Shown here piece by piece: positions 48,972 to 59,169 of a stretch of 64,000 bases of DNA. Origin of the DNA: an uncultured Gemmatimonadales bacterium (lineage in GTDB: Bacteria > Gemmatimonadota > Gemmatimonadetes > Longimicrobiales > RSA9); contig CAWFKH010000003.1 of NCBI GenBank assembly GCA_963816355.1, forward strand, positions 1,408,001 to 1,472,000, read 5' to 3'. How positions within the stretch are numbered: position 1 is the first letter of the stretch; each line of letters starts with the position of its first letter. Under the pieces are notes generated by a model. That model was not told the origin of the DNA, searched no databases, and saw only the letters and a list, made by a program, of their open reading frames with translations. The position numbers were made by a program, and so were the translations under genes.

Positions 48972-50828
48972 TCAGGCGAAGGGGGGAGCCGGGGGGCGGC
49001 TGGCGCGCAGCGCGTTCAGGATCACCGCGACGTCGATCGCCTCCTGGAGCAGCGCGCCGGCCGTCGGCACGATCCGCCCGGCCGCGGCGAAGCCCATGGC
49101 GAGCACGCTCAGGCCGAGGCCGGCCCAGATGCTCTCGCGCGCGATCCGCAGGGTGCGGCGGCTGATGCGCACGGCGTCGACGACGCGGCCGATGTCGTCG
49201 ACGAGGATCACGGCGTCGGCGGCTTCGGCAGTGATGCCGCCACCCCGGCCGGCGAGGGCGATGCCGACGGTGGCGGCGCTGAGCGCGGGGGCGTCGTTGG
49301 TGCCGTCGCCCACCATGACCACGTTCTCGCCCGCATCCACGAGGTCGCGCACGATGCGCACCTTGTCCTGCGGCAGAAGGTCGCCGCGCACCTCACGGAT
49401 GCCGAGGCGGTCGCCGACGGCGCGCGTCTCGAGCTCGTGGTCCCCGGAGACGAGCAGCGTGCGGTGGATGCCGAGCGCGGCGAGGACCGCGAAGAAGGAG
49501 TCGAGGCCGGGGCGCACGGCGTCGGCGAAATCGATCACGCCGGCGGCGCGTCCATCCACCGCGACGAAGGCGCGGATCCCCTCGTCGTGGGGGTCGACGC
49601 GGTCGAGCGCGGCCGCCGCGTCGCGATCCGTTTCGGCGACGAAGGAGCGCGAGCCGACGCTCACGCGGCTGCCGTCGACGACGCCGCTCACGCCGCGACC
49701 GGGCGACTCGACGACGTCGCGGGCGGGCGGCAGCGTGCGGTTGGTCAGGCGCGCGGCCTCGGCGAGGCTGCGCGCGAGGATGTGGCCGGAGCCCTCCTCG
49801 ACGGCGCCGACGAGGCGGAGCAGCGCGGCCTCGGTGAAGCCGTCGAGAGCGAGGACGCGGCGCACGCGCGGGATGCCGACCGTCACGGTGCCGGTCTTGT
49901 CGAACAGGGCGACGCGGACGCCCGCGAGCCGCTCGAGCGCACCGCCGTTGCGGAAGATGATCTGTCGCCGCGCGGCGCTGCCGATGCCGCCGATGATGGC
50001 GACCGGCGTCGCGAGGATCAGGGGACACGGCGTCGCGACGACGAGGACGGCGAGCACGCGCACGGCGTCGCCGGTGAGCGCGAACGTGGCGCCGCACACG
50101 AGCAGCGTGAGCGGCGTGAACCAGACGGCGTAGCGGTCGGCGAGCCGGTGGATCGGGGCGCGGCTCGCCTGGGCGTGGCGCACGAGGTCGACGATGCGGG
50201 CGTACTGGCTCTCGCCGGCGGGCGCCGTGGCCCGCAGCGTGAGCGGCCCCTCGCCGTTCGAGCTGCCGCTCATGAGCGCGGTCCCGGCCTCCGCCCGGCG
50301 CGGCATCGGCTCGCCGGTGAGGCGGGACACGTCGACGTGCGAGCGGCCGTCGACAACGACGCCGTCGGCGGGAATCAGCTCCCCGGGGCGCACGAGCAAC
50401 AGGTCCCCCGCGCGGATCTCGTCCGCGGCGATCTCTTCGGTGCGCCCGTCGAGCACGCGATGGGCGGAGCGCGGCGCGGCCGCTTCCAGCTCGCGGACGG
50501 CGGCGGACGCGCGGCCCTCGGCGTACCGCTCGAGCGCCTCGCCGCCGGTCTGCATCATCACGATGACGAGCCCGGCGAGCGGCTCGTTCAGCAGGACCGC
50601 GGTGATGATCGCCAGCATCGCGACGAGGTCGGCGGCGAAGCGGCCGCGCAGCATGCCGCGCAGCGTGCGCAGCACGACCGGAGCGCCCGTGAGCACCAGG
50701 CCCGCGAGCCAGATGGCGCGTGCGCCGCCGCGGCCGATGGCGAAGAAGGCGACGGCGCCCACGGCGAGGAAGGCGACGACGGCCAGCGGGTGGCGCAGCC
50801 TGCTGGCGAGGCGCGGCGTCGTCGTCAC
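48972..50828 (-). CDS. Heavy-metal P1B-type ATPase, P1B-5-like
   Basis: TGE, TPCP, DKTGT, GDGTNDAP, P-X6-QEAID-X5-N. Confidence 0.9.
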   Translation of the reverse strand: MTTTPRLASRLRHPLAVVAFLAVGAVAFFAIGRGGARAIWLAGLVLTGAPVVLRTLRGMLRGRFAADLVAMLAIITAVLLNEPLAGLVIVMMQTGGEALERYAEGRASAAVRELEAAAPRSAHRVLDGRTEEIAADEIRAGDLLLVRPGELIPADGVVVDGRSHVDVSRLTGEPMPRRAEAGTALMSGSSNGEGPLTLRATAPAGESQYARIVDLVRHAQASRAPIHRLADRYAVWFTPLTLLVCGATFALTGDAVRVLAVLVVATPCPLILATPVAIIGGIGSAARRQIIFRNGGALERLAGVRVALFDKTGTVTVGIPRVRRVLALDGFTEAALLRLVGAVEEGSGHILARSLAEAARLTNRTLPPARDVVESPGRGVSGVVDGSRVSVGSRSFVAETDRDAAAALDRVDPHDEGIRAFVAVDGRAAGVIDFADAVRPGLDSFFAVLAALGIHRTLLVSGDHELETRAVGDRLGIREVRGDLLPQDKVRIVRDLVDAGENVVMVGDGTNDAPALSAATVGIALAGRGGGITAEAADAVILVDDIGRVVDAVRISRRTLRIARESIWAGLGLSVLAMGFAAAGRIVPTAGALLQEAIDVAVILNALRASRPPAPPFA

Positions 50829-50853
50829 GGCCGCGCGGTGCCGGCGAGAGGGT

Positions 50854-50870
50854 GTCGGGATGCGCCCGAC
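50854..50870. promoter_or_regulatory. Perfect palindrome GTCGGG-N5-CCCGAC
   Basis: In the divergent promoter region between the ATPase and PNPOx-like genes. Confidence 0.5.
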
Positions 50871-50941
50871 GGCGGAGGGGATGCTGCCCGATTGCCGAGC
50901 GGCGCACGAAGCCGCACCATCGAGGGGAGGAGGTCGACGCC

Positions 50942-51409
50942 ATGAGCACGGAAGAGGGACGGAGCGCCGTCGGGCTGGTCATACGCGAGCTCGGCGAGGA
51001 CGAGATGATGGGTCTTCTGGACCGCAACCGGATCGGCCGCATCGCGTTCGCGCACGGCAACCGGATCGGGATCGTGCCGGTCCACTACGTGCGCGGCGAC
51101 CGCTGGATCTACGGGCGCACGTCGCCGGGAGAGAAGCTCGACGTCATCCGGCACCAGCGCTGGGTGGCGTTCGAGGTGGACGAGGTCGAAGGCCTGCTGG
51201 CGTGGCGCAGCGTGGTAGTTCACGGGAACCTCTACACGCTGGATCCGGACGAGCCGGGCGAACAGGACGCGTGGCGCCGCGGCGTCGAGCTGCTGCGGAC
51301 GGCGCTCCCGGAGACGCTCCGCGAGGGGGACCCGGCGCCGTTCCGCACGATCGTCTTCCGCATCGCGATCCAGGAGGCGACGGGCCGCGCCGCGTCCGCC
51401 GCGGAGTGA
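50942..51409 (+). CDS. Pyridoxamine 5'-phosphate oxidase-like (flavin-binding) protein
   Basis: IGRIAF, IVPVHY, GEKL, VAFEVDE, WRSVVVHG; GGAGG SD. Confidence 0.82.
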   Translation: MSTEEGRSAVGLVIRELGEDEMMGLLDRNRIGRIAFAHGNRIGIVPVHYVRGDRWIYGRTSPGEKLDVIRHQRWVAFEVDEVEGLLAWRSVVVHGNLYTLDPDEPGEQDAWRRGVELLRTALPETLREGDPAPFRTIVFRIAIQEATGRAASAAE

Positions 51410-51435
51410 GCGGCGGACGCGGCGAAGGCTCCGCC

Positions 51436-51846
51436 TCAGCCGGGCGTCTTGACGGAGTCCGTCACGGTCGGGTGGATCACTTCCTGGCCGGGTGAGAGGC
51501 GCCGCACCCACGCCATCGCCGTGTCGGCCGCGGCCTCGTTGCCGAGCGTCTTCTCCACCATGTAGACGCCGTACCACGCCGCGGTGACGTGCGGCGCGAG
51601 GCGCGCCGCTTCGCGGTAGTGCGTGCGCGCCGCCTCGTACTCCTTGGCGCGGAACGCCACGTTGCCGCTGTCGAGCTGGGCGGCGACCTCGGGCGGCAGC
51701 TGCGCCCGCGTCGGCTGACTCGAGGCGGCGGCCTGCACGCCCGCGGCGGGCTGCGTGCCGGAGGCGGCGCCATCCTTCCCGGCGTTCCCGCAGGCGACCA
51801 CGACGCTCGTGAGCGCGGCGGCGGTCAGGAGGCGGAGCGGGCTCAC
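51436..51846 (-). CDS. Small TPR lipoprotein
   Basis: Lipobox VVAC; TPR-like LDSGNVAFRAKEYEAARTHY; GTGA-coupled to the cytochrome gene. Confidence 0.75.
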   Translation of the reverse strand: MSPLRLLTAAALTSVVVACGNAGKDGAASGTQPAAGVQAAASSQPTRAQLPPEVAAQLDSGNVAFRAKEYEAARTHYREAARLAPHVTAAWYGVYMVEKTLGNEAAADTAMAWVRRLSPGQEVIHPTVTDSVKTPG

Positions 51847-53387
51847 GACCCACCGCCGAGGGGATCGGTCACGTGACAGGCGAAGCATGTGGTCGGATCC
51901 TTCTTCTGTGCGCGGACCGGATCGAAGCCGGGGCCGTGCGGGTTGACGTGGAAGGCGCCCAGCGTCGAATGGCACTGGATGCAGTCCTTCTGCCTGTGAC
52001 AGCTCGCGCAGCTCTCCAGCGACTGGCGGGCGGCCTGCCCGTGCCGGATCAACCAGAGCGGCTCCGCGTCGTGGAACCCGGGCGCGAGTCGGGTGCCGTT
52101 GGTGCCGATCCCGGCCTGGACGTGGCAGTCCCGGCAGAAGACGGCCGTGTTGTGACAGTTGGAGCAGTCGAGCTTCCGTCCCCACGCCTCCGACGCGTGA
52201 CGCGCGACGAAGTCGGGAGGATGGAACGAGGCGCGCGTCGGCGCCACCCGGGGCGTCGCGGCGGCGACTCGCGCGCCACCGGGTGTCGGAGGCCGCGTCG
52301 CGCCGCTCTGCGCCGACTGGCCCGCGCGGTGGCAGTCGGCACAGAAGCGCCGCGCGTCGTGACAGGTGGAGCAGGAGGACGGCCGTGCCGCGGCGAAGGG
52401 GCCGTGCTCCGTCGCGAAGGAAGCGGCCTCGTGGCTCGCCGGCGCCCTGCGCGTGAGCTGCACGCCCGGCGCGGCGCTCTCGGAGCGCGTGGGCAGCCCG
52501 GACACCACCGTCGGCGGCCGCGTGAGGTGGCACGTCTGGCAATCGTTGCGGGTGTGGCAGGTGCCGCATGCGCGCACGCCCGCGCCGCTGCCGTGACGCT
52601 GGAGGAAGTCCGGCAGCGCGTGCGACGCGGGCGCCAGGTAGTGCGCCGCGAAGCGGGGCAGCTTCATGCTGTCCGGCGCCGCCGGCACGCGCGCGATGAC
52701 CGGATTCGCTGCCGCGTCGACGTGACAGCTGGCGCAGCGTTGGCGCGTGTGGCAGGTCGCGCAGCGAGCGGTCTCGGCGCCGGCGATGCGGCCGTGCGTC
52801 GTCGCCAGGAAGCTCCCCTCCTGGTGGTCCGCCGGATACGGCAGCGCGAGGATCCGCTCGACCGGGAACGCCGTCTCCGCGAGCGGCACGTGGCAGGTGG
52901 CGCACTTCGCGTCGACGAAGTGGCTCTGCGCGCGGTGGGCGTGGCACTCGAGGCAGCGGCCGACGATCGGCGGCTGCACCGCCATGCGGGACCCGCCCTC
53001 GGCGGTGTGGCACGACGCGCAGGCGAGGTTCTCGTCCTTCGCGTACGTCGCGTGCGACGGGTGGGTGAAGCGCAGGTTCGTGTACGCGTCGGGCGTCGGC
53101 GGCGTCCAGGAGACGCGCTTCCGATCGACGCCGTCGTGGCAGTTGGCGCACACCGGCGGATTCGGGTAGAACGCCGACCGGTCGCCGGTGGGCACGCCGG
53201 CGTGGCATCCTGTGCACACCGGGAAGAGGCGGGCGTGGCGCTCGTGCGGGAACGAAGCGCGCTGTCCGAAGATCGCGGCCCACGCGGCCCGCGTCCGTGG
53301 CGTGGTGAGCGAGCGAGCACCGATCACGCCCGCGACGCTGAGCGCAGCGAGCGAGATCACGCACAGCGTCCGCAGCCGCCGCGTCAC
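51843..53387 (-). CDS. 16-heme c-type cytochrome
   Basis: N-terminal signal/TM; 16 CxxCH motifs counted, 10 of them in five tandem diheme repeats. Confidence 0.9.
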   Translation of the reverse strand: MTRRLRTLCVISLAALSVAGVIGARSLTTPRTRAAWAAIFGQRASFPHERHARLFPVCTGCHAGVPTGDRSAFYPNPPVCANCHDGVDRKRVSWTPPTPDAYTNLRFTHPSHATYAKDENLACASCHTAEGGSRMAVQPPIVGRCLECHAHRAQSHFVDAKCATCHVPLAETAFPVERILALPYPADHQEGSFLATTHGRIAGAETARCATCHTRQRCASCHVDAAANPVIARVPAAPDSMKLPRFAAHYLAPASHALPDFLQRHGSGAGVRACGTCHTRNDCQTCHLTRPPTVVSGLPTRSESAAPGVQLTRRAPASHEAASFATEHGPFAAARPSSCSTCHDARRFCADCHRAGQSAQSGATRPPTPGGARVAAATPRVAPTRASFHPPDFVARHASEAWGRKLDCSNCHNTAVFCRDCHVQAGIGTNGTRLAPGFHDAEPLWLIRHGQAARQSLESCASCHRQKDCIQCHSTLGAFHVNPHGPGFDPVRAQKKDPTTCFACHVTDPLGGGS

Positions 53388-54880
53388 GGCGCGCCTCCAG
53401 GCGGCGTCGCCCCCGGATCGGTGCCGATCGGGATGCGGAGTCCGGACCACGCGCGCAACTGATTCCAGTCGGTGGAGGAGGGGCGGCCGGCGAAGGCGTT
53501 GCGATACACCGCGAGCCCCGCGTCCAGCGACGCGCCGCGCGGCAGCGGCGCGCTCACGGACAGTCCGCCGCCGAGCACCGCCCCCTCGCCGACCCGGAAC
53601 TCCTCGATCTGCTGGAACGCCGTCGCGTAGGCCGCCACGCTCAGCCGCTCCGCCGGACTCCACCGGACGGTCGCTTCGCCGTTGCTCAGCGTGGCGCCGA
53701 AGCCGCGTTCCTGTCGATACGACGCTTCCGCGCTCCACGGGGAGGTCGGGGACCAGCGCGCGCCGAGGCCGAAGCGATGGCTCTCGTTCTCGATCGGAGT
53801 CAGCACGAGGGTGGTGCCCGCATCGCCGTAGCGGCGCAGGCCCGCGGACGCCCAGATCCCCAGGTCCGGCCGCGCCGCCCACGTCGCCGTGAGGTCGCCC
53901 TCGTCATAGCCCACGGGGCTGAAGTAGCCCCAGATCGTCCACAGCTCGAAATACGGGATGTAGTGCCGGTACGCGGCATCGACCACCAGGCGGAAGCGCG
54001 GCACCGGCGCGTGCAGCGACAGGCGCGCCTTGCCCAGGTGCCCGAAAGCGAAATCGTAGTCGACGGCGCCGCTCAGCGTGAATCCGGCGCGCAGCGGAGC
54101 CGCCAGGGAGAGCGAAGCGCGCTCCGAGAGCAGTCCGGAGCGGTCGGACCAGATCTCGCGCTGGTAGCGGGCGTCGACGCTCGCGCCGAACGCGCTCACC
54201 TCCGCGTCCGCGCCGAGGATGTACGCGTTGCGGTCCGGCACGAAGTCCTCGACGCCGCGGAGCGCATCGTTGCGGGGCTCGGAGAGTCCCTGGGCGAGGC
54301 TGCGTCCGCCGTACCCCTCGACCCGGAGCCAGGGCAGCGGATCGAGCAGGAGGCTGGCGCCGTCGAAGCTCGCGAAGCCGAGCCCGGAATACGTCTCCTG
54401 GCGGCCGACACGGACGCGGTAGCGGGCGCGGGTCAGCTCGGCATAGGCGAGGATCGCGTCGAACGCGTCGTCGCCGCGCGGCCAGGTGAACGCTCCGCCG
54501 AGATCCGCGCGGGCACGCAGGAGCGCCGTCGCGCTGAGCCCCTCGACGCCGAGGCCCCAGGCGGTGAGGCTGACGTCCTGCGTGAGCTCGAAGGCGTGCT
54601 CGGTGTCCGCCGAGCGGTAGAAGGTGCACTGGAAGTCGCCGACGCAGAAGACCGGGTGCCCCTGGAACTCGAGCGACCCGCCGGCGCCGACGATGACCTG
54701 GTCGCGCGGCACGCTGTCCCGTACGAGCGGCCGGATCGAGACGTAGCGCCCGAGCGTGACCGCCTGCCCTCGCACGCCCTGCCCGCTCGCGCTCGAAACG
54801 AACGGCGGACCGCCCGTGGCCGCCGCCACCAGGGCGACGACCAGGGCAGTCCGCGTCCACGTCCCTCTGCTACTGGCCAT
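53384..54880 (-). CDS. Putative outer-membrane porin of a porin-cytochrome complex
   Basis: Signal peptide, alternating aromatic/Gly beta-strands, no CxxCH; lies between two multiheme genes. Confidence 0.72.
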   Translation of the reverse strand: MASSRGTWTRTALVVALVAAATGGPPFVSSASGQGVRGQAVTLGRYVSIRPLVRDSVPRDQVIVGAGGSLEFQGHPVFCVGDFQCTFYRSADTEHAFELTQDVSLTAWGLGVEGLSATALLRARADLGGAFTWPRGDDAFDAILAYAELTRARYRVRVGRQETYSGLGFASFDGASLLLDPLPWLRVEGYGGRSLAQGLSEPRNDALRGVEDFVPDRNAYILGADAEVSAFGASVDARYQREIWSDRSGLLSERASLSLAAPLRAGFTLSGAVDYDFAFGHLGKARLSLHAPVPRFRLVVDAAYRHYIPYFELWTIWGYFSPVGYDEGDLTATWAARPDLGIWASAGLRRYGDAGTTLVLTPIENESHRFGLGARWSPTSPWSAEASYRQERGFGATLSNGEATVRWSPAERLSVAAYATAFQQIEEFRVGEGAVLGGGLSVSAPLPRGASLDAGLAVYRNAFAGRPSSTDWNQLRAWSGLRIPIGTDPGATPPGGAP

Positions 54881-54923
54881 GGCAGTCGTGAGCCGTCGGA
54901 GAGTCAAGCGTCTCCGTCTCGTC

Positions 54924-56408
54924 TCACTTCTGCTTCGGCAGGATGTTGTCCAGCACGATGTTCGCCGATGGGGCGACACCGTATTCCTTCTCGACCGCCT
55001 TGATGCTGGCCGTGAGCAGCGCCTCCATCAGGAACGGGTTGTGGACGGCCGAGCCAGGGAAGTAGATGCCCGTGTTCAGATCGTAGTTGAACGCCGCACC
55101 CTCGGCCGTGCTGTACGTGCCATCGCTGCCGTTGAAGGGCGAGCCGGCCGGACAGTTGTTCGCGCCGCGGCACGCCTTCCAGTTCGGCTGCACCTTCTCG
55201 AGCAGACCGTTCAGCTCGTCCGTCAGCGACTCGATGCGGACCTCCGTCGTGGCCAGCAGCGAGCGCGCCACCTGCTCCGTGCCGTGGCAGCCGGACGCGG
55301 TGCACGCCTTGAAGGTGCGCTGCGACGTTTCGCAGTCGCCCAGCGTCGGCGCGCCGTCGGGTCCGAGGCACGGGATCGCATTGAAGAGATGCCCGGTGGA
55401 GAAGATCGTGGTGCCGGTCGCCGGGTCCGTCGCCGAGTACTGGTTCACGTGGCACGAAGCGCACAGCCGCGGGTTCGCGCTGCTGCCGTGCGTCGCCACG
55501 ATGGTGTCGGCGGCGAATTCCACGTTCCCGGGCCACCAGCCGCCGTAGCCGAGCAGCACCGGCCCCTCGGGCGAATGCGGCCCGCGGAAGGTGGTCGGAT
55601 CCGGCACGCCACGCTTGTGGTGGCACTTCATGCACAGATTCTCCTCCTCGCTCGTCGCGCCGACGTCGAAGCGGAGCTGGCCCTCGAAGTTCTTCTCGTG
55701 CGGGTCGTGGCAGACGCCGCACGCGATCGGCAGATGATTGCCGGTACCGAGCTCGTCCTTCTCCAGGAAGTTGGCGTTGATGCCCCACGCCGCCAGCGCG
55801 CCCTCGCCGGTGTGGCAGCCCTGACAGGACGGGTTGTCGCCGGTGTGTCCCTGGTTCGGGACCGCGCCGTGCGCCGACTGCGCCCACTCCTCGACGAACG
55901 GATGGTGCTCGCCCTGGTGGCACTCGCCACAGCCCTTCGTGAGGTCGATGCCGACCGCCAGCGGCGCCAGCGGCACCGTCGTGGTCGTGGGATTCTGTAC
56001 GTGGTTCAGACCGGGGCCATGGCAGCTCTCGCACTGCACGTCCTTATAGCGCTCGTCCGCCACGGCGAGAAAGCCCGCGTTCCCTTCGGTCGGGTTCCCC
56101 TGCTCGTTGACGGTGTGGCAAGCTTCGCAGGTGCTCGTGGCGTGACCGCTGGCCTGGAGGTCTTCCCACGCCGTGGCGTGGACCGTGCCCTCCCACTCGT
56201 GCTGCTTCTCGACGTGGCAGTTGCCACAGACGGTCAGCTTGGCCGAGACGTCACTGTAGCCCAGGAAGTTCGCTGCGCCGGACGGCGGTGTCTGGAAGAG
56301 CTCCCGGTCCCGGTACACCACCTTCTCGCCCAGACAGCCCGCCAGAAAGGCGACGCCGGCCAGGACCGGGATCCAGCGCGCAATCACGCGCGTACGGGAT
56401 ACACTCAT
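54924..56408 (-). CDS. Multiheme c-type cytochrome lipoprotein (8 CxxCH + 1 CX4CH)
   Basis: Lipobox LAGC; GGAGG SD; CGNCH, CEACH, CESCH, CGECH, CQGCH, CGVCH, CMKCH, CASCH, CTASGCH. Confidence 0.9.
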   Translation of the reverse strand: MSVSRTRVIARWIPVLAGVAFLAGCLGEKVVYRDRELFQTPPSGAANFLGYSDVSAKLTVCGNCHVEKQHEWEGTVHATAWEDLQASGHATSTCEACHTVNEQGNPTEGNAGFLAVADERYKDVQCESCHGPGLNHVQNPTTTTVPLAPLAVGIDLTKGCGECHQGEHHPFVEEWAQSAHGAVPNQGHTGDNPSCQGCHTGEGALAAWGINANFLEKDELGTGNHLPIACGVCHDPHEKNFEGQLRFDVGATSEEENLCMKCHHKRGVPDPTTFRGPHSPEGPVLLGYGGWWPGNVEFAADTIVATHGSSANPRLCASCHVNQYSATDPATGTTIFSTGHLFNAIPCLGPDGAPTLGDCETSQRTFKACTASGCHGTEQVARSLLATTEVRIESLTDELNGLLEKVQPNWKACRGANNCPAGSPFNGSDGTYSTAEGAAFNYDLNTGIYFPGSAVHNPFLMEALLTASIKAVEKEYGVAPSANIVLDNILPKQK

Positions 56409-56504
56409 CGTTGTCCTCCAGCACGTCAGCGGTTTATGACGCCCGCGCGTTGCTCCGCGGGCCTGCGACCGGTCCAGCTCGCCGGCGTCGCCTCCCGGCT
56501 TCCT

Positions 56505-56644
56505 CACCCCATGTGTCCTACAATATCGGACGAATAATTGCGAAACACAAGGATTTCATGGATTTCGACTGACATTTCTTTACATTATGTCGTCCACCTC
56601 CTTACTTTCATTTGTTCCTGTCCGGACATTCCCGACGCACAATG
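56505..56644 (-). promoter_or_regulatory. AT-rich regulatory region upstream of the cytochrome operon
   Basis: Sharp local GC drop; GTCCGG-N5-CCCGAC at 56620; GACAT-N11-ATGTC at 56571. Confidence 0.55.
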
Positions 56645-57729
56645 TCAGCAGATCCGGGGGAGCTGGTCGCCGGGCAGCATGTCGACGACCCGCGTGCCGC
56701 CCAGCCCCGTGCGCAGCACGACCATCCCCGCGTGTGCGGCGACGACGGCACCGATGCGCGCGGCGCCGCGGCCGAGCGGATGCGAACGCAGGAGCGCGAG
56801 CGCCTGCTCGGCGAAGGGCTCCGCGACCAGGGTCACGAGGAGGCCTTCGTTGGCGACGTAGAGCGGATCGAAACCCAGCACCTCGCAGGCGGCGGCGACC
56901 GGCTCCGGAACCGGAAGCGCCGCGTCGACCAGCTCGACGCCGACGCCGGCGGCGGCGGCGATCTCGTTGAGGGCGCTGGCGAGGCCGCCGCGGGTCGGGT
57001 CGCGCAGGGTGCGGACGGCGTCGCCGGGGAGCTGGCGCAGGAGGCGGACGAGCGGGAGCAGCGTGGCGGAGTCGCTCTCGATGTCGACGTCGAAGTCGAG
57101 GCCCTCGCGGGACGCCATGATGGCGATTCCGTGGCGGCCGACGGGGCCGCTGACGAGGACGGCGTCGCCGGCGCGGGCGCGCTCGGGCGCGGGTCGGAAA
57201 TCCGGCTGCACGAGGCCGATGCCGGTGGTGTTGATGAAGAGGCCGTCGGCCTTGCCGCGCTCGACGACCTTGGTGTCGCCGGTGACGAGCGGGACGCCGG
57301 CGTCGCGCGCCGCGGCCGCCATGGCGTCGAGGATGCGGTCGAGGAGATCGAAGCGGAGGCCCTCCTCGAGGATGAAGCCGGCGGAGAGGCAGATCGGCTC
57401 GGCGCCCATCATGGCGACGTCGTTGAGCGTGCCGTGCACGGCGAGGGAGCCGATGTTGCCGCCGGGGAACTCGAGCGGCTGCACGACGAACGTGTCGGTC
57501 GAGACGGCGAGCTCGCCGCCGTGCGCCGTGACGATGGCGGCGTCGCCGAGCCGCTCCAGGGCGTCGTTGCGGAAGCGGGGCAGGAAGCGCTCGCGCAAGA
57601 GGGTCGCGCTGAGCTTGCCGCCGGAGCCGTGGCCGAGGAGGACGCGGTCGCCGGCGGCGAGCGGCGCGGGACAGACCGGTCCGTCGGCGAGGGAGGGGCG
57701 CGCGTCCCGGACGGAGGCATCGACGCGGC

Positions 57730-57733
<4 letters not shown>
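56645..57733 (-). CDS. hypE: HypE
   Basis: HGSGG, TGDTKVV, RDPTRGG, C-terminal LPRIC. Confidence 0.96.
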
Positions 57734-58844
<1,111 letters not shown>

Positions 58845-58848
<4 letters not shown>

Positions 58849-59165
58849 GCGACGTCCTCCGCGCCGGCGGCGGCGGGCGGGGCGGCGACGGCCGCCGCGG
58901 CGTCGGCCACGTCGCCGAGCCACTCCAGCTCGTCGAGCTGGCTCATCTCGCGCAGCACTTCGTAGGTCCGTCTCGCCTCCGCTTCGTCGACCTTCGAGAT
59001 CGCGAATCCGACGTGCACGATGACGTAGTCGCCGAGCGCGACCTCGTCGGCGACGTAGGCGAGGCAGACGTCGCGGCGCACGCCGCCGAAGTCGACGACG
59101 CCCATGGCGAGTCCGCCCTCGGCGTCGCGGCGCTCGATGATCCTGCCGGGAATCCCGAGACACAT
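58845..59165 (-). CDS. hypC: HypC
   Basis: [15 protein letters not shown]. Confidence 0.95.
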
Positions 59166-59169
59166 GGTG

